Virus record (IMG/VR): IMGVR_UViG_3300021135_000003
Length of the DNA stretch: 64,000 nucleotides
Direction: 5' to 3' (one strand)
Origin: a virus
Position numbers and translations under genes: made by a program. Below the pieces are notes generated by a model. The model was not told where the DNA came from and searched no databases. It worked only from the letters and a program-made list of their open reading frames with translations. Shown in pieces: positions 9,555 to 15,723 of the stretch (the first letter of the stretch is position 1; each line of letters opens with the position of its first letter).

Positions 9555-9677
9555 ATGAAATCGTTAAACATATCCAGACAGCTTAATAAGCATCTACCAC
9601 TCTTAAGTGGCTGGACATGCACACGCCCAGAGATTAATGTATCATATGCGTTTGATCGAGGGGGTTTTGGAAAGTAA
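9555..9677 (+). CDS. Leader peptide of the tRNA array (40 aa, all 20 amino acids)
   Basis: MKSLNISRQLNKHLPLLSGWTCTRPEINVSYAFDRGGFGK*. ATG lies at the expected +1; the 3' end overlaps the antiterminator arm. Confidence 0.7.
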   Translation: MKSLNISRQLNKHLPLLSGWTCTRPEINVSYAFDRGGFGK

Positions 9678-9741
9678 AGTGTAAACTAAAAGTTTATTTC
9701 CCAAAACCCTCTACCTGAAAAGTTAGAGGGTTTTTTGTTTT
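9659..9741 (+). terminator. Attenuator: alternative antiterminator / intrinsic terminator
   Basis: 9659-9678 pairs with 9693-9712 (about 19 bp, one mismatch), or 9703-9713 pairs with 9724-9734 followed by a U tract. Confidence 0.8.
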
Positions 9742-9756
9742 GGCCATCGTGCCCAT

Positions 9757-9769
9757 TGTTCTTTAAAAA
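9757..9769 (+). promoter_or_regulatory. boxA (Nus antitermination) element
   Basis: TGTTCTTTAAAAA, an rrn-type boxA variant, 16 nt before the first tRNA. Confidence 0.7.
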
Positions 9770-9785
9770 TTTGCGTACCAAATGT

Positions 9786-9859
9786 TCCCGAGTGGTGTAG
9801 TGGTAGCACAACAGACTTTGACTCTGTTAGTATAAGTTCGATTCTTATTTCGGGTGCCA
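9786..9859 (+). tRNA. tRNA-Gln(UUG)
   Basis: Cloverleaf; ACAGA-CT TTG AC-TCTGT; CCA end. Confidence 0.9.
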
Positions 9860-9934
9860 TAAGTGAACACATTAAGTAAATCGCAATCCGCTGGTAATGA
9901 TCTGCCATGATTGTGGGTTAGTGTGTTCTCTTAT
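9860..9934 (+). ncRNA. Long-stem structured spacer RNA 1
   Basis: TAAGTGAACACATTAA pairs with TTAGTGTGTTCTCTTA, enclosing an inner stem. Confidence 0.45.
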
Positions 9935-10008
9935 GGGAGTATAACTTAATGGTAAAGTAGCTGGCTTTTAACCAGCAAATCAGAGTTCAATTCTCTGTAC
10001 TCCTACCA
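9935..10008 (+). tRNA. tRNA-Lys(UUU)
   Basis: GCTGG-CT TTT AA-CCAGC; CCA. Confidence 0.92.
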
Positions 10009-10013
10009 ATTAT

Positions 10014-10088
10014 GGTGTCTATGGTGTAGTGGTAGCACCCAACTCTGTGAAAGTTGTAGTACGAGATCGATACTCGTTAGACACCCCA
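10014..10088 (+). tRNA. tRNA-His(GUG)
   Basis: CAACT-CT GTG AA-AGTTG; encoded G-1:C73; CCA. Confidence 0.9.
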
Positions 10089-10095
10089 AGAATTT

Positions 10096-10171
10096 GCTGG
10101 TTTAGCTGATGTGGTCATAGCGGTGGTCTGAAGAGCCATTGAAAGTAGTTCGATTCTACTAGCCAGCACCA
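10096..10171 (+). tRNA. tRNA-Phe(GAA)
   Basis: GTGGT-CT GAA GA-GCCAT; CCA. Confidence 0.88.
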
Positions 10172-10175
10172 AATT

Positions 10176-10249
10176 CCTCGGATAGTTAAATGGTATAACG
10201 TATGCTTGATAAGCGTTTATTACAAGTTCGATTCTTGTTCTGAGGACCA
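10176..10249 (+). tRNA. tRNA-Ile(GAU)
   Basis: TT GAT AA loop; CCTCGGA/TCTGAGG acceptor stem; CCA. Confidence 0.85.
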
Positions 10250-10250
10250 T

Positions 10251-10324
10251 GCCCTATTAGTATAATGGTATTACACCTGTTTTGTAATCAGGTTACGGCA
10301 GTTCGATTCTGTCATGGGGCACCA
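10251..10324 (+). tRNA. tRNA-Thr(UGU)
   Basis: TT TGT AA loop; CCA. Confidence 0.9.
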
Positions 10325-10333
10325 AGTTTTTAT

Positions 10334-10410
<77 letters not shown>

Positions 10411-10416
10411 ATATAT

Positions 10417-10490
10417 GCCTCGTTAGTTTAATGGTAGAACTCTGCTTTTACACAGCAGTCACGGCAGTTCGATTCTGTCACGAGGTACCA
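10417..10490 (+). tRNA. tRNA-Val(UAC)
   Basis: CTGCT-TT TAC AC-AGCAG; CCA. Confidence 0.92.
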
Positions 10491-10492
10491 AT

Positions 10493-10567
10493 GCCCCATT
10501 AGTACAATGAATAGTATACGGTGCTACGAACGCTGAGAAGGTGGTTTGATTCCATCATGGGGTACCA
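10493..10567 (+). tRNA. tRNA-Arg(ACG)
   Basis: CGGTG-CT ACG AA-CGCTG; CCA. Confidence 0.85.
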
Positions 10568-10575
10568 AAGTTTAT

Positions 10576-10670
10576 GGAGAGTAATGCAGGGGAGTTGGTT
10601 CCCCGACCAGCCTTGAAAACTGGGTTCTGCTGACGAAGTGGATGGGGTTCGACTCCTCTGCTCTCCGCCA
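10576..10670 (+). tRNA. tRNA-Ser(UGA)
   Basis: CT TGA AA loop, long variable arm, GCCA end; atypical D arm. Confidence 0.85.
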
Positions 10671-10671
10671 A

Positions 10672-10735
10672 TAACCCTATAAAGTAAAAGGGATTAAAAA
10701 TATCGCTTTACTTTTATAGTTAAATGATGTATAAT
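10672..10735 (+). promoter_or_regulatory. Stem-loop plus promoter cassette (internal to tRNA array)
   Basis: TAACCCTA..AGGGATTA; TTTACT 10707-12, 17 bp, TATAAT 10730-35. Confidence 0.8.
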
Positions 10736-10760
10736 AGTGTCTTGATAAGAAAGGAAGTAT

Positions 10761-11342
10761 ATGCCAAGTGTATTCTTAGTAAGCGATACGCACTTCGGTC
10801 ACGCTGGTGTATGCCGATTCACTGAAGTTGACGGAGTCACAAAGATTCGCCCATGGACTGATCCAGATGAAATGGATGAGGCAATGGTAAAGATGTGGAA
10901 CGAAACTGTAAAGCCAACCGATAAAGTTTATCATCTTGGTGACGTAGTTATCAATCGTAAAGCATTGGGAATTATGCGTAGATTGAATGGTGATAAAGTT
11001 TTGATTCGTGGTAACCATGACATCTTTCGAGATGATGAGTACCGTGAACACTTTCGTGAGTTGCGTGCATATCACGTAATGAATGGAATGATCTTAAGCC
11101 ATATACCTATTCATGAGGAATCGTTGGGTAGGTTCGGTGTTAACATTCATGGTCACTTACACACAAATCGTGTAATGCTTCGTGGATTTAACAACAAGCC
11201 AACTGAGATTGATACTCGTTACCACTGCGTCTGCGTCGAACAAACAGACTTCAGACCCATCTTGTTTGAAGACGTGATTAAAAGAATCAAAGACGAGGGT
11301 GGTACCGTAGGATTCAAAAACGGTAACGGACCAACGATGTAA
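10761..11342 (+). CDS. Calcineurin-like metallophosphoesterase
   Basis: SDTHFGH, HLGD, GNHD, SHIP, HGHLH. Confidence 0.9.
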   Translation: MPSVFLVSDTHFGHAGVCRFTEVDGVTKIRPWTDPDEMDEAMVKMWNETVKPTDKVYHLGDVVINRKALGIMRRLNGDKVLIRGNHDIFRDDEYREHFRELRAYHVMNGMILSHIPIHEESLGRFGVNIHGHLHTNRVMLRGFNNKPTEIDTRYHCVCVEQTDFRPILFEDVIKRIKDEGGTVGFKNGNGPTM

Positions 11343-11345
11343 CTT

Positions 11346-11432
11346 GGAAGATGTGTTGCAAGGTGCGACAGGGGTTTGCTAAACCCTCGTTCAGAAATGG
11401 GCTGATAGGTTCGATTCCTATATCTTCCGCCA
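11346..11432 (+). tRNA. tRNA-Ser(GCU)
   Basis: GGGGT-TT GCT AA-ACCCT; long variable arm. Confidence 0.88.
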
Positions 11433-11435
11433 AAT

Positions 11436-11518
11436 GCGAGTATGATGAAATTGGTAAACATAGAAGACTTAAAATCTTCCGCTTCGGCTTCCCAGTTCGA
11501 GTCTGGGTACTCGCACCA
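11436..11518 (+). tRNA. tRNA-Leu(UAA)
   Basis: GAAGA-CT TAA AA-TCTTC; variable arm. Confidence 0.92.
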
Positions 11519-11525
11519 AGTTTTT

Positions 11526-11600
11526 ACGGCATTAGTATAATGGAGAATACAGTAGGCTTCTACCCTACGAATGTGGGTTCGATTCCTGCATGCCGTGCCA
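11526..11600 (+). tRNA. tRNA-Arg(UCU)
   Basis: GTAGG-CT TCT AC-CCTAC. Confidence 0.9.
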
Positions 11601-11605
11601 GTAAT

Positions 11606-11680
11606 GGGCTGGTAGCTTAATGGTAAAGCAGTCGACTCATAATCGATTGAGTGTGAGTTCAATTCTCACCCAGCCCACCA
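11606..11680 (+). tRNA. tRNA-Ile2(CAU), lysidine type (probable)
   Basis: GTCGA-CT CAT AA-TCGAT arm resembles bacterial Ile2. Confidence 0.8.
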
Positions 11681-11681
11681 T

Positions 11682-11762
11682 ACCTCGGTAGACAAATTGG
11701 TAAAGTCGTCTCTCTCAAAAGGAGAAATTTAAATGTGAGTTCGAATCTCACTCGAGGTACCA
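11682..11762 (+). tRNA. tRNA-Leu(CAA)
   Basis: TCTCT-CT CAA AA-GGAGA; short AU-rich variable arm. Confidence 0.85.
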
Positions 11763-11767
11763 GATAT

Positions 11768-11842
11768 GCACGTATGACTGAATGGTAAGGTAGCAGTCTG
11801 CAAAACTGATGTTCGTAGGTTCGATTCCTACTACGTGCTCCA
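11768..11842 (+). tRNA. tRNA-Cys(GCA)
   Basis: CT GCA AA loop; U73. Confidence 0.9.
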
Positions 11843-11852
11843 ATCTTGCAAA

Positions 11853-11916
11853 TAACCCTACTTGCAATAGGGGATTAAAAATATCGCTTTACTTTTATTA
11901 AAAAGTGGCGTATAAT
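11853..11916 (+). promoter_or_regulatory. Stem-loop plus promoter cassette (internal to tRNA array)
   Basis: TAACCCTAC..TAGGGGATTA; TTTACT 11888-93, 17 bp, TATAAT 11911-16. Confidence 0.8.
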
Positions 11917-12087
11917 AAAGGTTCTTAGTTGATAATGTTATCTAAAAGTCCTCTCTAAGTCGTTACGTCAAGTCGGACGCATGGGGCAATGGTCTTAGTG
12001 GAGGGATATCCGTGGCAGACCTTAAACAGCCAAAACAGCAGCAGTCTATTTTTGGTGGCTACAGACTATAAAGAAAAACCACCATGT

Positions 12088-12163
12088 GCTCGGTTCGTCT
12101 ATCGGTTAGGACACTGCCCTTTCACGGCAGTAAGGAGGGGTTCGATTCCCCCACCGAGTACCA
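12088..12163 (+). tRNA. tRNA-Glu(UUC)
   Basis: CTGCC-CT TTC AC-GGCAG. Confidence 0.93.
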
Positions 12164-12164
12164 G

Positions 12165-12393
12165 ATTTAATTACATTGGGTTACCAAAACCAGTAGGTGG
12201 TTTGGGAGTTCAGGATACTCGACGGAGTGTCGCTCGCCAAACTACACGAAAGATGGAAACGAAACCGAAAGGTGGATACGGTGGTCACGCTGGAGAAAGT
12301 TGGATCATAATGTGAGAAGCAACCAATCGTATGACGAATACGTGGTTAACCATCGGGTGATGGTTGTTGCTAATCATCCCAGTGTAATTAAAT
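12165..12393 (+). ncRNA. Structured ncRNA closed by a 16-bp stem
   Basis: ATTTAATTACATTGGG pairs with CCCAGTGTAATTAAAT; GC-richer interior; starts right after the tRNA CCA. Confidence 0.6.
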
Positions 12394-12395
12394 GT

Positions 12396-12591
12396 GGTAT
12401 TAGTTGTATTGTTTTGGAAAAACTCTGTGCTACCAGGATAATGCACTCTCAACGAACTGGATGTCGACTATCAAGGTTCGCGAGTTGGTGATAATGAAAT
12501 CGTATCGACGGATACACTAATAAGTTATCAACGATAAAAGCAAACGATATCGGGTGAACGATATCCATAACAAAACAATACAACTAATATC
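12396..12591 (+). ncRNA. Structured ncRNA closed by a 21-bp stem
   Basis: GGTATTAGTTGTATTGTTTTG pairs with CAAAACAATACAACTAATATC. Confidence 0.6.
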
Positions 12592-12593
12592 AT

Positions 12594-12686
12594 GGAGCAA
12601 TTGATGCTATGGCGTGTGCATCGGCGGACTGTAAATCCGTCCCCTCGTGGTAAACATTCTTGGTTCGACTCCAAGTTGCTCCACCA
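12594..12686 (+). tRNA. tRNA-Tyr(GUA)
   Basis: GCGGA-CT GTA AA-TCCGT; long variable arm. Confidence 0.88.
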
Positions 12687-12692
12687 TTTTTT

Positions 12693-12767
12693 GGCTCGTT
12701 CGTATAATGGTTATTACACCACTCTGTCTAAGTGGATACAGGAGTTCGATTCTCCTACGAGTCGCCA
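12693..12767 (+). tRNA. tRNA-Asp(GUC)
   Basis: CCACT-CT GTC TA-AGTGG; G73. Confidence 0.88.
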
Positions 12768-12771
12768 AGTT

Positions 12772-12845
12772 TTGTGGTAAGGAAAGTAAAAGGAACATGG
12801 GCAAGTCATTGGCTAGACAATGACCAGATACCGTACCTGCCACAA
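12772..12845 (+). ncRNA. Small structured spacer RNA
   Basis: TTGTGGTA(A)GG pairs with CCTGCCACAA, enclosing a GTCATTG/CAATGAC hairpin. Confidence 0.4.
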
Positions 12846-12855
12846 TTTTAATTAT

Positions 12856-12934
12856 TCCGCAAAACCCGAGCAAGGTGCATGGGCGTGACTGTTAATCACT
12901 GGTTAGTAGAGTTCGATTCTCTAATGCGGAGCCA
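12856..12934 (+). tRNA. tRNA-Asn(GUU)
   Basis: CT GTT AA loop; TCCGCA/TGCGGA acceptor stem; atypical D arm. Confidence 0.85.
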
Positions 12935-12952
12935 TATAAGTAGATAAGTTAT

Positions 12953-13030
12953 AGCGGAGTATGGAAGTGGTCTATCCGTCTGGTCTCATAAGCCATGAAA
13001 TCGTTGGTTCGAATCCAACCTCCGCAACCA
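12953..13030 (+). tRNA. tRNA-fMet(CAU), initiator-like
   Basis: 1:72 mismatch, GCGGAG/CTCCGC, CT CAT AA. Confidence 0.8.
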
Positions 13031-13037
13031 AATGAAT

Positions 13038-13120
13038 GCCCCGATGGTGGAATTGGTAGACACGCTGGTCTTAGAAGCCAGTACTTCGGTGTGAGAGTTC
13101 GAGTCTCTCTTGGGGCACCA
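13038..13120 (+). tRNA. tRNA-Leu(UAG)
   Basis: CTGGT-CT TAG AA-GCCAG; variable arm. Confidence 0.92.
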
Positions 13121-13300
13121 TTGTTGAACGTGTGAGCAAAAGATAGGGCATCCCAACTGTTAGGGAAGATAATCGCCAGTCAAAACAGCGTCCTTTATTC
13201 GGAGAGAATTTATGGCTACCCACCATAGATTGAAATGCTTGAGGATCTGGTGGCAGGAATTTAAAGCTGCCAACTAAACACATAACAGTACGTTCAACAA
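13121..13300 (+). ncRNA. Structured ncRNA closed by an 11-bp stem
   Basis: TTGTTGAACGT pairs with ACGTTCAACAA; internal hairpins ATTTATGG/CCATAGAT and TGGCAG/CTGCCA. Confidence 0.55.
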
Positions 13301-13301
13301 T

Positions 13302-13376
13302 GGTGACGTAGCACAGCGGTAGTGCATCTCCTTCATACGGAGCAGGTCAGTGGCTCGAATCCACTCGTCACCACCA
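13302..13376 (+). tRNA. tRNA-Met(CAU), elongator
   Basis: TT CAT AC loop typical of elongator Met. Confidence 0.85.
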
Positions 13377-13381
13377 GTTTT

Positions 13382-13455
13382 GGGGGATTAGTATAATGGG
13401 ATTACGGCAGCTTTGCAAGCTGTTTATGGGAGTTCGATTCTCCCATCCTCCACCA
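13382..13455 (+). tRNA. tRNA-Ala(UGC)
   Basis: TT TGC AA loop; G3.U70. Confidence 0.92.
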
Positions 13456-13461
13456 TATTAT

Positions 13462-13536
13462 GCAGGATTAATTCAGTGGTAGAATGTTTCGTTGCCAACG
13501 AAAATGTCATCGGTTCGAACCCGATATCCTGCTCCA
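13462..13536 (+). tRNA. tRNA-Gly(GCC)
   Basis: TTTCG-TT GCC AA-CGAAA; U73. Confidence 0.92.
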
Positions 13537-13543
13537 GTGTTTT

Positions 13544-13619
13544 GCCCTTGTAGCTCATTTGGTAGAGCAACTGATTAGTAATCAGTAGGTGGGCGGTTCG
13601 AATCCGTCCAAGGGCACCA
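13544..13619 (+). tRNA. tRNA-Thr(AGU)
   Basis: ACTGA-TT AGT AA-TCAGT; GCC start typical of Thr; otherwise canonical. Confidence 0.9.
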
Positions 13620-13650
13620 GTTTAATAAAATGTTAAAAAATCTAACTTAT

Positions 13651-13657
13651 CTAAATA
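13651..13657 (+). promoter_or_regulatory. T4-type late promoter (CTAAATA)
   Basis: TATAAATA variant. Other copies at 15663, 34426, 39588, 56272 (+) and 49152, 49629 (-). Confidence 0.55.
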
Positions 13658-13687
13658 GAGATATGTTAAATGCTATGAATGATAAAA

Positions 13688-14734
13688 ATGTCAAGAGTGT
13701 TATTCGTTTTAAAACGTAAAGATGATTATAATGTTGAACGTGATAATCATATTGGATTAAGCACAGGGTTATACAACTCTGCAAAATTTATGGATACAAT
13801 GCTCAACGATATTGGTATTGAATCAAAATTAGTAGTTGTTCCTGACAATAATTCAATTGATAGAGAAGTAAGCATATACAAACCAACCCATGTTATTATT
13901 GAAGCATTATGGGTTGTTCCACAAAAGTTTAATATTCTCCAGAAACTACATCCAAAAGTAACATGGATCATTAGATTCCATAGTGAGCTGCCATTCATGG
14001 CTGGGGAAGGTCCAGCAATGGATTGGATTGGGGATTACGCTGAGTTAAAAAATGTTGTTCTTGCATTTAATGCGCCACGTATGTTGCGTGAAGTAAAAAC
14101 ATTTTTAAAGATTAAAAATCCAGTTAGAATTTGGGATTATCGTGTTGTTTATTTACCAAATTTCTACCCACAAAATTTTAAACGCAGAGAAATCAACAGA
14201 GATAAAGAATATATTGATATTGGTTGCTTTGGTGCAGTTAGACCATTGAAGAATCATTTAGTTCAAGCAATCGCTGCAATAGATTTTGCAAATAGTATTA
14301 ATAAAAAGTTGAGATTTCACGTAAATGCAGGTAGAATTGAAATGCAAGGTGCTGCTGCGGTTTCAAATTTAAAAGGCTTGTTTCAGCATCTATATGAACA
14401 TGGACATCAAATGATTAACCATCAATGGACTCCTAGAGAAAAATTTTTAGAACTATGTTCACAGATGGACATTGGGATGCAGTGTAACTTCTCTGAAACT
14501 TTTAATATTGTTGGAGCAGATTTGATTAGTCAAGGTGTTCCATTGATTGGTAGCAAAGAAATACCATGGCAGATTATGGGTAAATGTGAACCTACTGATA
14601 GTAATGATATTAAATTTGGACTGAAGAACGCATATAACCATCCAAAGTTAAATGTTATGTTAAATCAAATAGCATTAAAACGCTACACAGAAAATACCAA
14701 AGAAATTTGGAAAACTTATTTTAAAGGAAAATAA
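13688..14734 (+). CDS. Glycosyltransferase (GT-B / GT4-like)
   Basis: IGCFGAVRPLKN and SETFNIVGADLISQGVPLIG donor-binding motifs. Confidence 0.75.
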   Translation: MSRVLFVLKRKDDYNVERDNHIGLSTGLYNSAKFMDTMLNDIGIESKLVVVPDNNSIDREVSIYKPTHVIIEALWVVPQKFNILQKLHPKVTWIIRFHSELPFMAGEGPAMDWIGDYAELKNVVLAFNAPRMLREVKTFLKIKNPVRIWDYRVVYLPNFYPQNFKRREINRDKEYIDIGCFGAVRPLKNHLVQAIAAIDFANSINKKLRFHVNAGRIEMQGAAAVSNLKGLFQHLYEHGHQMINHQWTPREKFLELCSQMDIGMQCNFSETFNIVGADLISQGVPLIGSKEIPWQIMGKCEPTDSNDIKFGLKNAYNHPKLNVMLNQIALKRYTENTKEIWKTYFKGK

Positions 14735-14932
14735 ATGAAACATAAAGTAAAAATTCATCGTTGGATTAATGGTTTTTTAAAAATTGATAACCATGAATTA
14801 GAAACTCTAGAAGAAGCATTAGATTTTGCTCGTCATGCAACTGAAAATGTTACACATACAGCAAAAATTTATGATGACGTAGGAGAATTAGTCCATACAA
14901 TCGCGGATCAAAATTTAAATACATACGCTTAA
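14735..14932 (+). CDS. Hypothetical protein
   Basis: AAGGA RBS; adjacent ORF. Confidence 0.65.
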   Translation: MKHKVKIHRWINGFLKIDNHELETLEEALDFARHATENVTHTAKIYDDVGELVHTIADQNLNTYA

Positions 14933-14933
14933 T

Positions 14934-15007
14934 ATCTCGATAGTGTAATGGCAGCATACCAGTCTCCAAAACTGTTGGTCGGGGTTCGAGTCCCTGTCGG
15001 GATGCCA
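14934..15007 (+). tRNA. tRNA-Trp(CCA)
   Basis: CT CCA AA loop; G73. Confidence 0.9.
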
Positions 15008-15010
15008 ATT

Positions 15011-15084
15011 GCGGGGTTAGTTTAATGGTAAAACTACAGATTTCCAATCTGTTGTTGAGAGTTCGATTCTCTCACTCCGCTCCA
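15011..15084 (+). tRNA. tRNA-Gly(UCC)
   Basis: ACAGA-TT TCC AA-TCTGT; U73. Confidence 0.92.
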
Positions 15085-15115
15085 AATTAATGAGGTAATA
15101 AGAAAAGAGGTAATC

Positions 15116-15589
15116 ATGCGTAAGGCGATCAACATTGATGAAGTTAGAGAATTCATCATGGCACAGACACCAGAAACCAAAGTATATATCGGTGGTGACT
15201 CTGAACGATTTCTAATAGGAAAGGATTGGTACGCAGATTACATTATGGTTGTTGTTGTTCATATCAATGGAAACAATGGCTGTAAAATCTTTGGTGAAGT
15301 ACAACGTGAACGTGACTGGGATCAGAAACGAGACAAGCCACGTATGCGTCTTATGAATGAAGTTTATAAGATTGCTGAATTGTATTTAAAATTACATGAT
15401 GTGTTAGAAGATCGTGAAGTGGAAGTTCATCTAGATATTAATCCAAATGAAATGCATGGATCATCTTGCGTAATCAATGAAGCAACTGGTTACATTCGTG
15501 GCATGTGTAACGTAATTCCTATGGTCAAACCAAAAGCATTCGCTGCATCTTATGCTGCTGATAGATACAAGTCATATATGGCAGCATAA
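15116..15589 (+). CDS. RNase H-like YkuK/DUF458 family protein
   Basis: VYIGGDSE, RMRLMNEV, EVHLDINP, KPKAFAASYAAD. Confidence 0.8.
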   Translation: MRKAINIDEVREFIMAQTPETKVYIGGDSERFLIGKDWYADYIMVVVVHINGNNGCKIFGEVQRERDWDQKRDKPRMRLMNEVYKIAELYLKLHDVLEDREVEVHLDINPNEMHGSSCVINEATGYIRGMCNVIPMVKPKAFAASYAADRYKSYMAA

Positions 15590-15631
15590 ATAAGATACCA
15601 GCTAGACTGGAATCATGCAGAAATGCATTTC

Positions 15632-15659
15632 AGAGCAGTAGGAAACTACTGCTCTTTTT
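15632..15659 (+). terminator. Intrinsic terminator
   Basis: AGAGCAGTAG-GAAA-CTACTGCTCT-TTTT. Confidence 0.85.
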
Positions 15660-15723
15660 CATCTAAATATATTTGCTTTGCAATAAACTTTAAAGTATAA
15701 TTGTTATTACATGAGGAAAAATA

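Noticed and set aside
10576-10670. Possible selenocysteine or opal-suppressor tRNA
   Set aside because: The anticodon is UGA (reads UCA, Ser), not UCA. No CUA/UCA/UUA suppressor anticodon was found, and TAA, TGA and TAG all end genes here, so there is no sign of recoding.
11940-12010. SRP (4.5S) RNA
   Set aside because: The long hairpin lacks the conserved CAGG..GGAA..AGCAG domain IV motif.
12165-13300. Long inserts as tRNA introns or split-tRNA halves
   Set aside because: The flanking tRNAs are complete with CCA, the inserts lie between genes, and I could not see group I core motifs.
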